DNA of 64,000 bases from an uncultured Planctomycetaceae bacterium (GCA_963815195.1 CAWFGE010000015.1:224001-288000); one strand, 5' to 3'; shown: positions 1 to 9,969, counted from the first letter of the stretch. Numbers and translations are program-made. The notes: generated from the sequence alone by a model not told the origin.

Positions 1-51
1 GTCTCGGGGATCCGCGTCTGATACAAATTCGGCGAGCAAGGTTATACCATC

Positions 52-795
52 ATGAGTTTAGAACCCAGTCCTTCCACCCCCGATCCGCACGACGGCCTCT
101 TGGAAATCCATTTTCTGGGACTCGTCGATTTCGACGCGGCGCTCTATCTGCAAGAACGGCTCGTTTACGAGATCAGCGGGCGGTCGAATCGCAACGCGGG
201 GCTGTTGTTGTGCGAGCATCCTCCGCTGATCACCGTGGGCCGGGAAGGCAGCCGGGACCACATCCTCGCCGACACAAAGGACCTGAAAGCGTCCCAGATC
301 GAGACCCGCTGGCTCAACCGCGGGGGCGGATGTCTTGTGCACGGCCCCGGCCAGTTGGCGGCCTATCCGATCCTGGCGCTCAACCGGTTGAACCTGGGCC
401 TGTTGGATTACCGCACCCGCCTGGAAGAGGCGGTCGTCGACATGGCCGACGAGCAACAGGTCCCCGCCCATCGGCACGCGGATTGTCCCGGCGTTTGGTG
501 CCGGCTCGGTCAGTTTGCCCATGTGGGAGTGGCCGTGAAATCCTGGGTGGCCTATCATGGCGTGTTTATCGATGTGGCCCCCAAGGTGGACGCGTCCCGG
601 CTGGTCAAACCCTGCGCCGAGGGAGAGCGGCTGACTTCGCTGTCCGCCCAATCCGGCAAGGTGGTGTGCATGAACGCCGTTCGGGAAAGCTTCGCCCGGC
701 ACCTGGCCCGCCATCTCGGATACGCCCGCACGCAAACTTACACCGGACACCCGCTGCTCCGCCGGGAGATACGAAGGGTTTTTGTCGATGCTTGA
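52..795 (+). CDS. lipB: Lipoyl(octanoyl) transferase LipB-like
   Basis: LLLCEHPPLITVGR and NRGGG..HGPGQLAAYPI motifs; overlaps the start of lipA. Confidence 0.85.
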   Translation: MSLEPSPSTPDPHDGLLEIHFLGLVDFDAALYLQERLVYEISGRSNRNAGLLLCEHPPLITVGREGSRDHILADTKDLKASQIETRWLNRGGGCLVHGPGQLAAYPILALNRLNLGLLDYRTRLEEAVVDMADEQQVPAHRHADCPGVWCRLGQFAHVGVAVKSWVAYHGVFIDVAPKVDASRLVKPCAEGERLTSLSAQSGKVVCMNAVRESFARHLARHLGYARTQTYTGHPLLRREIRRVFVDA

Positions 796-1675
796 GATTC
801 TGACGGACCAGCCCCCCGCGCCGCGGCGCCGGCTTCCCAAATGGCTCAAACGGCCGCTGCCGGAACCGGGCATGGCTTATACCAGTGGCGTCATCGACGA
901 TCTCCGCCTGGAGACGGTGTGCGAAAGCGCAAAATGCCCCAACCGCACCGAATGCTGGTCGCAGCGGACCGCCACGTTTATGATCCTGGGCAACGTGTGC
1001 ACAAGGCCGTGCGGATTTTGCTCGGTCCCCAAAGGCAAGACCGAAACGGTGGAACTCGACGAGCCCGAACGCGTCGCCGAGGCCGCGGCCCGCTTGGGAC
1101 TGAAGCACGTCGTCATCACTTCGGTCACCCGCGACGATTTGCCCGACGGCGGGGCCGATCATTTTTATCACTGCGTCCTCGCGGTCCGCGAACGCACCGG
1201 AGCCGCGGTGGAAGTGCTCACGCCGGATTTCCTGGGCAAGACATCGGCGATCGACCGCGTGATCGCAGCCCGGCCCGAAGTCTTCAATCACAACACCGAA
1301 ACCGTGCCGAGGTTGTACGACCGCGTCCGCCGCAATGCCCAGTATCAGCGGACGCTCGATTTGCTGAAGCATGTAAAAGCCGTCGCCCCGGACATGATCA
1401 CCAAAAGCGGCCTGATGCTGGGCCTCGGCGAAACCCGCGAGGAAGTCCTGGAGGTCTGTGCCGACTTGCGGAACGTCGGCTGCGACATGCTCACGCTCGG
1501 ACAATACCTCCAACCCACGCCCGCCCATCTGCCCGTGGAGCGCTACGTCCCGCCGGAAGAGTTCGACGAGATCGGCGAATTGACCCGCGGCCTTGGTTTC
1601 CGCTTCGTCGCCAGCGGCCCCTTCGTCCGCTCCAGCTACCACGCGGGCGAAATGGCTTCGATTCTGGAAACGTGA
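788..1675 (+). CDS. lipA: Lipoyl synthase (radical SAM)
   Basis: CESAKCPNRTEC auxiliary-cluster motif, CTRPCGFC radical SAM motif, C-terminal VRSSY; ATG at 788. Confidence 0.97.
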   Translation: MLEILTDQPPAPRRRLPKWLKRPLPEPGMAYTSGVIDDLRLETVCESAKCPNRTECWSQRTATFMILGNVCTRPCGFCSVPKGKTETVELDEPERVAEAAARLGLKHVVITSVTRDDLPDGGADHFYHCVLAVRERTGAAVEVLTPDFLGKTSAIDRVIAARPEVFNHNTETVPRLYDRVRRNAQYQRTLDLLKHVKAVAPDMITKSGLMLGLGETREEVLEVCADLRNVGCDMLTLGQYLQPTPAHLPVERYVPPEEFDEIGELTRGLGFRFVASGPFVRSSYHAGEMASILET

Positions 1676-1684
1676 TTGGCCCAA

Positions 1685-1768
1685 GGCGAGCGGGAGGCGT
1701 AAGCCTCCTGGTGATTCGGATCCATGAGAAACTCCACGAAACCGGGAGGCGGACACCTCCCGCTCGCC
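1685..1768. repeat. REP-like inverted doublet between convergent genes
   Basis: GGCGAGCGGGAGGCGTAAGCCTCCTGG ... CCGGGAGGCGGACACCTCCCGCTCGCC; related to the doublet at 12021-12172. Confidence 0.7.
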
Positions 1769-1777
1769 TGGAAACCG

Positions 1778-2572
1778 CTACAGCTTCGACAAGAACTCTT
1801 CGAGGGCGGCGTTGACTTGTTCGGGTTGCTCCATCGGGGACATGTGGCCTGCATTGGAGATCTCCACGAACGTCGACCGCGGGATCGCTTCCGCCATTTG
1901 ACGCATTTCCTGGACGGTGGTGATTTGGTCCTGTTCGCCGACGATGACCAACGTAGGCACGGAAATCCTCGGCAAGAGTTCCGACATGTCGGGACGTTCC
2001 GCCATGCCCCGAAGCGCCGCCGCGATGCCTTCCGGGTCGGCCGCGAGCATCATCTCTTTGCAGCGGTCCACGATCGCGGTTTGATTTTGCAATGTGGACG
2101 CGGCGAAGAGTTTCTCCGGCATCGCCTGCGCCACCACGCCGACGCCGTGCTTCAAAACGCTCGCGGCGAGCTTGTGCCGATTCTCCACGGCTTCCGGCGA
2201 ATCGGGGGACGCTTTTGTGTCGCAGAGAATCAATGCCTTCAGCCGATCGGGATGTTTCCGCACGAACGGCCAGGCGATGTAGCCGCCCATCGACAGCCCG
2301 CATAAGATCACCGGTTCCGTTATTCCCAATTGATCGAGAATCCCCGCGAGGTCGTCGGCGAACTGTTCCATGCTCACGGTGCCCGGCGTCATGGAGGATT
2401 CCCCAAACCCGCGCAAGTCGGGGGCCAAAATTCGATGGCTGTCCTCGAAAGCCCGAATTTGAGCGTCCCACATCGCAGAGGTCAGCGGGAACCCGTGCAC
2501 GAACAAAATCGCCGGCCCCTGTCCCCGGTCCAGCACCTCTAAATCGGCCCCATTGATGGATAATGTTGGCAT
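1778..2572 (-). CDS. Alpha/beta fold hydrolase
   Basis: HGFP oxyanion motif, GLSMGG nucleophile elbow, GEQD and AGH catalytic Asp/His; start MPTLSING. Confidence 0.92.
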   Translation of the reverse strand: MPTLSINGADLEVLDRGQGPAILFVHGFPLTSAMWDAQIRAFEDSHRILAPDLRGFGESSMTPGTVSMEQFADDLAGILDQLGITEPVILCGLSMGGYIAWPFVRKHPDRLKALILCDTKASPDSPEAVENRHKLAASVLKHGVGVVAQAMPEKLFAASTLQNQTAIVDRCKEMMLAADPEGIAAALRGMAERPDMSELLPRISVPTLVIVGEQDQITTVQEMRQMAEAIPRSTFVEISNAGHMSPMEQPEQVNAALEEFLSKL

Positions 2573-2677
2573 TGGTTCTGAAACTCCTCGTTGGTTTGGG
2601 TTGGTACGTTCGCTATCATAATCAACTCCAAAACTCAGCGTCATCCCCAGAAATCTCAACGGACAAAGGACACATCA

Positions 2678-3985
2678 ATGGATACGTTGCTCGACCGGTT
2701 TTTGCGGTATGTGAAGATCGATACCCAATCGGATGAAACCAGCGGCACATCGCCGAGCACGCCGAAGCAGTTGGACCTGTGCCGATTGCTGGCGGACGAG
2801 TGCCGGGCTCTGGGGCTGTCGGATGTTTCGATGAATGAGTTTGGCGTGGTGACCGCGACGGTGCCGGGAACGGTTTCGCATTCCGCCCCGGCGATTTGCT
2901 GGTTCGCCCACGTGGACACCTCCCCGGAGTTCAGCGGCAAAGATGTGAAACCCGTCGTCCACGAAAACTACAGCGGCGGCGACATTGTGTTGCCGGGAGA
3001 CCCATCCCGCGTGGTTCGCGTGGCGGAAAATCCCGCTTTGAAGGACTTAAAGGGCGGCACGGTCATCACCACCGACGGCACCACGCTGTTGGGAGCCGAC
3101 GACAAAGCCGGCGTCGCGGTGATCATGTCGGCCGCGGCGCACCTGATGAAAAACTCGGACATCGCCCACGGCCCGGTGCGGTTGTGTTTTACGTGCGATG
3201 AGGAAATCGGCCGCGGCACCGAGCATCTCAATATCGCGGACCTCGATTGCATCTGCGGCTACACGCTCGACGGCGACGGCCGAGGCAAGGTGGACAGCGA
3301 AACCTTCTCCGCCGACCAGGCCGTGGTCAGGGTGAAGGGCATCAACACGCATCCTTCGGTGGGAAAGGATGCGATGGTCAATGCGGTCCGCATTCTTTCG
3401 GATTTCCTCGCGAAACTTCCCACGGAAACCCTCAGCCCCGAAACCACCCAAGGGCGGGAAGGCTTTATTCATCCCTATCACATCGAAGGCGGCGTCGCGG
3501 AATCCTCGGCCCGGTTGATCCTCAGGGATTTCGACACCGCGAAACTCAAGGACCAGGCGGCCCTCTTGGAAACCATCGCCGACGAACTGCGGGCGAAGCA
3601 CCCGAAGGCGGAAATTCAAATCCAGATCAAGAAGCAATACCGCAACATGGGCGACGGCCTCAAAAAAGAACCTCGCGCCCTCGCGAAAGCCTTGGAAGCG
3701 ATCGAAGCCGCGGGCATGACGCCCGAGCAAAGCATCATCCGCGGCGGCACGGACGGTTCGCTGCTTACCGAACTCGGGCTGCCCACGCCCAATCTTTCCA
3801 CCGGCGAGCACAACCCGCATTCGCCCTTGGAATGGACCAGTGTTGAAGAAATGCAAGCCGCGGCTGATGTGCTGGCGCAGCTGGCGATTCTGTGGGGGCG
3901 GGAAGACAGATATGGAGACGGGAGATTGGGAGAAGGGGAGGGGGTGTTCGGCGGAGGCGCTAGATCGATCCGTGACGATCAATAA
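2678..3985 (+). CDS. pepT: Peptidase T (M20B tripeptidase)
   Basis: RFLRYVKIDTQS, AHVDTS, TTLLGADDKAG, DEEIGRG, IRGGTDG, HSPLEW motifs. Confidence 0.95.
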   Translation: MDTLLDRFLRYVKIDTQSDETSGTSPSTPKQLDLCRLLADECRALGLSDVSMNEFGVVTATVPGTVSHSAPAICWFAHVDTSPEFSGKDVKPVVHENYSGGDIVLPGDPSRVVRVAENPALKDLKGGTVITTDGTTLLGADDKAGVAVIMSAAAHLMKNSDIAHGPVRLCFTCDEEIGRGTEHLNIADLDCICGYTLDGDGRGKVDSETFSADQAVVRVKGINTHPSVGKDAMVNAVRILSDFLAKLPTETLSPETTQGREGFIHPYHIEGGVAESSARLILRDFDTAKLKDQAALLETIADELRAKHPKAEIQIQIKKQYRNMGDGLKKEPRALAKALEAIEAAGMTPEQSIIRGGTDGSLLTELGLPTPNLSTGEHNPHSPLEWTSVEEMQAAADVLAQLAILWGREDRYGDGRLGEGEGVFGGGARSIRDDQ

Positions 3986-4202
3986 CGAACGTCAGCGGGA
4001 CAAAGAAGTATTTGTGGTCGTCTCGATTGAACCACTGAAAGACACATGGCTCTTCGTCATCGATAGAACCATGACAGGTACGCAGAACGGAGCCATCCTC
4101 TTGTTGAGTTGACCCGAACTTGGAATCGCCGCAGTTGGGGCAAACAAAGCATCCGGCAAAGTACGCGTCATCCGAAATTTCGAGGGCACCAACCTGTCGC
4201 AT
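3960..4202 (-). CDS. Small hypothetical protein (80 aa) with CPNC and two further Cys, possible Zn-binding
   Basis: MRQVGALEIS...FVCPNCGDSKFG...TCHG...PCVFQW; short ORF with no family recognised. Confidence 0.45.
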   Translation of the reverse strand: MRQVGALEISDDAYFAGCFVCPNCGDSKFGSTQQEDGSVLRTCHGSIDDEEPCVFQWFNRDDHKYFFVPLTFVIDRHGSI

Positions 4203-4323
4203 ACCAAAACCATTTAACTCGTGTGTTTCTCGGAACCGTCCATTGCCAATCGATCCAGAGTTCGTGTGATTGTGGGGCAAGCGTCCCGGCTGCAGCAGGA
4301 ACCGCAGTGTACCAAACGAATTG

Positions 4324-4520
4324 AGGGCCAAAGGCCCGGCTCTATGTGAGCCCAGGGCGCGGCCCTGGGAAACGCGAACGAACAAAGTACAAAAGCCCCA
4401 ACGGGGCGGTCCTAAGCGAGATAGCGCCGCCCCGTTGGGGCTTGCGTTTGATTCATCATCAATAACCCAGGGCGGCGCTGCGCTGGCCCTGGGCTGACAT
4501 AGGGCCGGACCTTCGGTCCT
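4324..4520. repeat. Multi-arm palindromic REP/MITE-like element
   Basis: Outer imperfect IR AGGGCCAAAGGCCCGGCTCTATGTGAGCCCAGGGC / GCCCTGGGCTGACATAGGGCCGGACCTTCGGTCCT enclosing an inner hairpin AAGCCCCAACGGGGCGG...CCGCCCCGTTGGGGCTT. Confidence 0.75.
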
Positions 4521-4589
4521 TGTTCCGTGTTTTGCAACGTCTGATTGGACGTTGTTGTCTTCCTCCGTGTCTCGGTGGTACAACCGTTT

Positions 4590-5528
4590 CTAGGCCAGGT
4601 TCAGCTGTTGCCGGTAATAGGCGACGGTGTGTTTGAGGCCGGTTTCCAGGTTGACTTGGGGGGACCAGCCCAGCACGGTTTTGGCGAGCGTGATGTCGGG
4701 GCAGCGTTGTTTGGGGTCATCTTTGGGCAGCGGCAGATAGGCCAACTCGGAGCGGGAGTCCGTGGCCTTCAGGACTTCGCTCGCGAGTTCCAACATTGTG
4801 TTTTCGACGGGGTTGCCGATGTTGATTGGGCCCGTGTGCTCGTCCTGGTCCATCAATCGCATCATGCCTTCGATCAGGTCGGACACAAAACAGAACGACC
4901 GCGTTTGCTGGCCGTTGCCGTAGATCGACAGCGGCTCGCCCCGGAGGGCCTGGGTGATGAAGTTGGAGATCACCCGGCCGTCGTTGGGGTCCATGCGGGG
5001 GCCGTAGGTGTTGAAGATGCGAATGAGGCGGACTTCCAGGCCGTGGGCTTCGTGGTAGTTCATGCACAAGGACTCGGCCACGCGCTTGCCCTCGTCGTAG
5101 CAACTGCGGGGGCCGATGGGATTCACGTAGCCCCAGTAGTCTTCTTTCTGCGGATGCACGACCGGGTCGCCGTACACTTCGGAAGTGGAAGCGTGCAGGA
5201 CCCTGGCCCGGCAGCGTTTGGCGAGGCCCAAGACGTTCACCATCCCCACGGTCGAGGTTTTGATGGTCTTGATCGGATTGTACTGATAAGCCACCGGCGA
5301 TGCGGGGCAGGCGAGGTTGTAAAGCTGGTCGCATTCCACATACAGGGGATGCACCACATCATGGCGGATGAACTCGAAGTTCGGATGATTCCGCAGATGG
5401 GCGATATTCTCCTTTCGCCCCGTGAACAGGTTGTCCACGCAGATCACCTCGTCCCCGCGCTCGATAAGGCGGTCGCACAGATGGCTGCCCAAAAATCCCG
5501 CCCCGCCGGTGACCACAACCGCTGCCAT
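4590..5528 (-). CDS. UDP-glucuronate decarboxylase (UDP-xylose synthase), extended SDR
   Basis: [55 protein letters not shown]. Confidence 0.92.
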   Translation of the reverse strand: MAAVVVTGGAGFLGSHLCDRLIERGDEVICVDNLFTGRKENIAHLRNHPNFEFIRHDVVHPLYVECDQLYNLACPASPVAYQYNPIKTIKTSTVGMVNVLGLAKRCRARVLHASTSEVYGDPVVHPQKEDYWGYVNPIGPRSCYDEGKRVAESLCMNYHEAHGLEVRLIRIFNTYGPRMDPNDGRVISNFITQALRGEPLSIYGNGQQTRSFCFVSDLIEGMMRLMDQDEHTGPINIGNPVENTMLELASEVLKATDSRSELAYLPLPKDDPKQRCPDITLAKTVLGWSPQVNLETGLKHTVAYYRQQLNLA

Positions 5529-5712
5529 GAGAAATCGCTCTCCCTAAAAATCCCCAAGGGAATGGGGCCGACCCGCTGTTTCTCGCTCCGTGCCGATGCA
5601 ACTCGCCGCCAATCGTAGCGGTTGGTCGCGGCCTGTCAATCCCGCCCGGCCCAGGCGATTTGCCGCATTTGCCGCCGGCAAATTGGGCGATGCACCATCC
5701 GGATTGGTTCAT

Positions 5713-5762
5713 CACAGAATCCTGGTTCACAAAATCATGATCTTATGAACCAGGATTCTGTG
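5713..5762. promoter_or_regulatory. Near-perfect 50-bp palindrome in divergent intergenic region
   Basis: CACAGAATCCTGGTTCA-CAAAATCATGATCTTA-TGAACCAGGATTCTGTG (17-bp perfect arms). Confidence 0.6.
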
Positions 5763-5863
5763 GATTGTGCGTCTCCCGCATGATTGGCGAACGTGGCCGG
5801 GCCTCTTTATGATAATAGCCGTTATCGCTTTATCCGTTGACCCTGTTTCGATTTTGGGATGAC

Positions 5864-7114
5864 ATGCCGCCAGCGCTCTTGAGTGATGAAGACATTCGGA
5901 AGTGGATCGCGTCCCACGTTCCCCAGGAGGATTTTGCCGGGAAACGGGTGCTCGTGATCATTCCCGACCAGACCCGCACGGCTCCGCTCGCTGTGCTGTT
6001 CGAGGCCCTGGCCCGCCAACTCCTTCCGGTGGTGAAAACGCTGGACGTGCTGATCGCGCTGGGCACGCATCCGCCGCTTTCGGAAGAGCAGATCAACACG
6101 CTCTTGGGGCTGACGGCCGCTCAGCGTCAAGGCGAACTCTCCCACGTCGGGATTTACAACCACGCCTGGGACGATCCCGACGAACTCACCACGCTTGGCG
6201 TATTGACCGAAGCCGAGACCGCCGAGATTTCCGACGGTTTGTTGTCCCGCGAGGTGCCGGTGGAGATCAATCGGCGGGTGCGGGACTCCGATGTGCTGTT
6301 GGTGATGGGGCCCGTGTTTCCGCATGAGGTCGTGGGGTTCTCCGGCGGGAACAAATACTTCTTCCCCGGCATCGCGGGGCCGGAACTTTTGAACTTCTTC
6401 CATTGGCTGGGGGCGCTGATTACCAACGTGGGCATCATCGGCGTGAAGGACACCCCGGTCCGGCGGGTGGTGAACCGGGCGGCGGCGCTCGTTCCCTGCG
6501 AGCGGCGGTGCATCGCCTTCGTGGTCGCACCCGATGCCCGCTTGCATGGCCTGTTCTACGGCACGCCGGAGTCCGCCTGGAACGAAGCGGCCGACCTGTC
6601 GGCGGAGGTCCACATCCGCCGGGTGCCGCGGCCGTTTCAGACCGTCCTTTCGTGCGCCCCGCCGATGTATGACGAACTCTGGGTCGCGGGCAAGTGCATG
6701 TATAAGCTCGAACCGGTCGTGGCCGACGGCGGCGAACTCATTATTTATGCCCCGCACCTCAAAGAGATCTCCCGGACCCACGGCAAGCTGATCGAGGAAG
6801 TCGGCTATCACGTCCGCGACTATTTCGTCAAACAGTGGGATAAGTTCCAGCACTACCCCTGGGGCGTGCTGGCCCATTCCACGCACGTCCGCGGGCAGGG
6901 GACGTTCGAAAACGGCCTCGAAAAGCCCCGGGTCCAGGTCACCCTGGCCTCGCAGATTCCGCCCGAAGTCTGCCGGCGGATCAACCTCGGCTATCGCGAC
7001 CCCGGCACCATTGATGTGGAATCCTTCGCCAACCGCGAAGACGAAGGCGTCCTCCTCGTCCGCAAAGCCGGCGAGCAATTGTACCGACTTGAGGATGAGC
7101 GGCGACCGAGCTGA
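5864..7114 (+). CDS. LarA-like (lactate racemase/DUF2088) domain protein
   Basis: IIPDQTRT, IALGTHPP, PHEVVGFSGGNKYFFPGIAG motifs typical of the LarA N-domain. Confidence 0.85.
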   Translation: MPPALLSDEDIRKWIASHVPQEDFAGKRVLVIIPDQTRTAPLAVLFEALARQLLPVVKTLDVLIALGTHPPLSEEQINTLLGLTAAQRQGELSHVGIYNHAWDDPDELTTLGVLTEAETAEISDGLLSREVPVEINRRVRDSDVLLVMGPVFPHEVVGFSGGNKYFFPGIAGPELLNFFHWLGALITNVGIIGVKDTPVRRVVNRAAALVPCERRCIAFVVAPDARLHGLFYGTPESAWNEAADLSAEVHIRRVPRPFQTVLSCAPPMYDELWVAGKCMYKLEPVVADGGELIIYAPHLKEISRTHGKLIEEVGYHVRDYFVKQWDKFQHYPWGVLAHSTHVRGQGTFENGLEKPRVQVTLASQIPPEVCRRINLGYRDPGTIDVESFANREDEGVLLVRKAGEQLYRLEDERRPS

Positions 7115-7126
7115 TGCCGCGTTTCC

Positions 7127-7462
7127 TCACCCGCCCGCGGGCGGCATGAGTTCCACGCGTTGGATTTTCCCCGCCCCGATGCTGATGTCGATCGTCGGCC
7201 CGGTGCGCGGCCTCTGGTTCGGCGTGGCGAGGATTGTTTCGATCTCGCCTTTTTCGTTGCGGCTGACGCGGCAGTCGTAGCCGTGGGTCAACAAATACCC
7301 GAGTGCCGCGTCCGCGGTTCGGCCGGGTGCGAGTTCGTTTTGCCAGTCGGCGTTTGTTGGGCCGGACGTTCGCGGCGGTGCTGTCTTTAGCGCCGGGTTC
7401 TGGCATCCGCCGAGCCAGAAAACGGAGACGGTCGCCAAGAACCCGAGGACGAAGCGAAGCAT
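7127..7462 (-). CDS. Putative lipoprotein
   Basis: MLRFVLGFLATVSVFWLGGC signal with LGGC lipobox. Confidence 0.6.
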   Translation of the reverse strand: MLRFVLGFLATVSVFWLGGCQNPALKTAPPRTSGPTNADWQNELAPGRTADAALGYLLTHGYDCRVSRNEKGEIETILATPNQRPRTGPTIDISIGAGKIQRVELMPPAGG

Positions 7463-7607
7463 GGTCTCAAACAGAATGCGCGGCCTGTTGATTGGGGGGG
7501 GCAAATCGAGCAAGGCGAAAACGTTACCCGGTTCGGGCCTTGGCATCAAGACGAGACGCAGCGTGTCGGCGAAGGCGGGAAGGCTGGGGCGTTTGCACAA
7601 ACTCGCC

Positions 7608-7656
7608 CACGAAAAAAACGGCAGCGGAAGCATTTCTGCCGCTGCCGTTTTTCGTG
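7608..7656 (-). terminator. Intrinsic terminator hairpin (possibly bidirectional)
   Basis: AAAAAAACGGCAGCGG...CCGCTGCCGTTTTT directly after the stop of 7668-8594. Confidence 0.7.
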
Positions 7657-7667
7657 ATTGTTTGAGT

Positions 7668-8594
7668 TTACGGGACCTGGCCGGTGCGGGGCGCGGGTTC
7701 CAACTGGCCGTCGGAGGGTTTGGGGACTTCGGGATTCTTGGCCCGTTCTTTGGCGCGGGCTACCGAAATGCTCACCAAGTTTTGGGCCCCCACGAGTTCC
7801 GCCCGGCTGAAGTAGGGGAGTCGCCCGCCGCCGGCCAAGAGGTCGACGTGTTTGGCGGCGAGTTCTTGCCAGCTCATTTTGTTCGCCAGGTGCCAGGCCG
7901 CGGCCTGGGCGGCTTGTTTGTTGACTTTGCCGGTGGCGACGATGCGAATCAACTCTTGCACAGCGGGGTCTTCGACGCAGTCTTCCACCGGGAAGAAGCG
8001 GTAGGTGTGCCGCGGATGGGGTTCGACTTTTCCGTGTTCCAAGCACACGGAGGTATAGGGCACCTTGACGATTTTTTCAGGCGGGATGGAAAAGAAGCCG
8101 CCGCCGCCCATGCCTCCCATGCCTCCCATGCCGCCGCCCATGCCTCCCATCATGCCGCCGCCCATGCCTCCCATCATGCCGCCGCCCATCATTTGGCCCC
8201 CGCCGCCCATGCCGCCACCCATGCCGCCCATGCCTCCGCCCATGCCGCCACAGCCGCCGCCGAACCCGCCCGCGCCGCCGCCGCCGGCGCCGAACTGTTG
8301 CAGGACCTGGACGCCAACCACGGCATCGGGCAATTTGACGGTCAACGGTTTTTTGGTGAGATTCTCGATGAGAACGCTGCCGCCCATCGCATTTTTGGGA
8401 ATAATTTGGACGGAGAATTTTTTGTCCTTAACGCCGTCGAAGAAATCCACTTTCTCGGCGTCCGGATCGAACTGCAGCTTGGTGATCGGACGTTTGCGCC
8501 CCGCCTGGGCTTCGGTTGTCAGTGTTTCGGCGACAAGCGCCAGGCAACACACGGCGAGCAACACGCCCGACAGTTGGAAACGAGGCATCAACAT
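7668..8594 (-). CDS. Secreted hypothetical protein with Gly/Met-rich insert
   Basis: Signal peptide; long GGM tract; VCLEHGK and QAAQAAAW motifs. Confidence 0.8.
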   Translation of the reverse strand: MLMPRFQLSGVLLAVCCLALVAETLTTEAQAGRKRPITKLQFDPDAEKVDFFDGVKDKKFSVQIIPKNAMGGSVLIENLTKKPLTVKLPDAVVGVQVLQQFGAGGGGAGGFGGGCGGMGGGMGGMGGGMGGGGQMMGGGMMGGMGGGMMGGMGGGMGGMGGMGGGGFFSIPPEKIVKVPYTSVCLEHGKVEPHPRHTYRFFPVEDCVEDPAVQELIRIVATGKVNKQAAQAAAWHLANKMSWQELAAKHVDLLAGGGRLPYFSRAELVGAQNLVSISVARAKERAKNPEVPKPSDGQLEPAPRTGQVP

Positions 8595-8803
8595 GGCTTT
8601 CCTTTCTGGAAGTGGATCTGACGGAACAGACCCGCAGCCCGAGTGGCAAAACTTCGTCAGTTTATCTTATCGTAGAAAAAACCGCCGTTGCAACAAAAAC
8701 TTCGCCTATCTTGCGGGTTTTCTCTGATCGACTTGCCTTTCGCTGCGGATTATTTTCCATCGGAAGGGTTTTGGCAGAGGCCAAAAGGAGTTCTGGAGCG
8801 TCT

Positions 8804-9850
8804 ATGATCGAATTGTCGGCGGATACCGTGGTGGATTATCTCTATCGAACCGGGCGATTGTCCGCACCCTCCGCCCGCGCGGAGTTGCTCGCCTGGGGCG
8901 TCTCCAACATGGTGTTTCGCATCCGTCCCGCATCGGGAGCGGACTTCGTCGTCAAGCAATCGCGGAAGCAACTTCGCACGAAGGCCCCCTGGTTCAGCCG
9001 GCTCGAACGCATCCACACAGAAATGGATTTGATGCGGCACCTGGGGGAGATCGTTCCCCCCGGATCCATTCCGCGCGTGCTGTTTGAGGACCGGCCGAAT
9101 TACTTGTTCGGGATGGAAGCCGTCGCCGCCGACCATCGCGTGTGGAAAGCCGACCTCTTGGCCGGGCAGACGGACGAAGCCGTCGCCCGGAAAGCCGGCG
9201 AACTTTTGGCGGCGATCCACCGCGAAACCGCCGGGAAAACGGAACTCAACGAACGCTTCGGCGACCGCGCGGTGTTCGACGAACTGCGAATCGATCCGTT
9301 TTACCGCCACGTCCTCCGCAAACACCCCCAACTCGCCCCGGTCCTGGGGCGGGTGATCGGCGAGGTGCTTTCTCTGGACATTTGTGTGGTACATGCGGAT
9401 TTCAGTCCGAAAAACTTGCTGCTGTCAGACGCCGGGTTGACGTTGGTCGATTTTGAGACAGGACACTTCGGCGACCCGGCGTTCGATTTGGGTTTCTTTC
9501 TGAGCCATCTGGTGCTCAAGACCATCAAACAGGCCGACCGGCGGGCGTCGTACCTGGCGTTGATCGAGGCGTTTTGGGAGTCCTATGGCGAACACCTGGG
9601 TCCGCTCGTCTTGGAACCGGGGAGCCCGCTTTTCCGCAACTCCCTGGAACAGAGGACCTTAGGAAATCTGGCCGGCTGCCTGATCGCCCGGATCGACGGC
9701 AAGAGTGTGATCGATTACTTCGACCAGCCCTGGCAGAGCGAAACGGCTCGTTCTTTGGCCTTCACCTATTTAATGCGGCCGGTCACCCGGATTGCGCAGG
9801 CCATCGAGGAAATCGAAAAAATCCTCGCCGATCGATCGCACCGTGCCTAA
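8804..9850 (+). CDS. Aminoglycoside phosphotransferase / methylthioribose kinase-like protein
   Basis: GVSNMV, VVKQ, HADFSPKNLL, DFE, GDPAFDLGF motifs. Confidence 0.85.
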   Translation: MIELSADTVVDYLYRTGRLSAPSARAELLAWGVSNMVFRIRPASGADFVVKQSRKQLRTKAPWFSRLERIHTEMDLMRHLGEIVPPGSIPRVLFEDRPNYLFGMEAVAADHRVWKADLLAGQTDEAVARKAGELLAAIHRETAGKTELNERFGDRAVFDELRIDPFYRHVLRKHPQLAPVLGRVIGEVLSLDICVVHADFSPKNLLLSDAGLTLVDFETGHFGDPAFDLGFFLSHLVLKTIKQADRRASYLALIEAFWESYGEHLGPLVLEPGSPLFRNSLEQRTLGNLAGCLIARIDGKSVIDYFDQPWQSETARSLAFTYLMRPVTRIAQAIEEIEKILADRSHRA

Positions 9851-9868
9851 TGTTGCACAGTCCCATGC

Positions 9869-9942
9869 CGAAATTCGAAATCCGAATCTCGGGTTTTGGA
9901 TTTGTTTCGGATTTCGGATTTCGGATTTCGTGTTTCGGATTT
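9869..9942. repeat. Degenerate 7-mer tandem repeat (TTTCGGA/TCCGAAA)
   Basis: CGAAATTCGAAATCCGAA...TTTCGGATTTCGGATTTCGGATTTCGTGTTTCGGATTT; similar tract at 17112-17173. Confidence 0.8.
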
Positions 9943-9969
9943 CTACCAGAAAATGTGCGCCGAGCGGGT

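Noticed and set aside
8065..8727. Pro/Met-rich 220-aa ORF on the + strand
   Set aside because: Antisense shadow of the GGM tract in 7668-8594.
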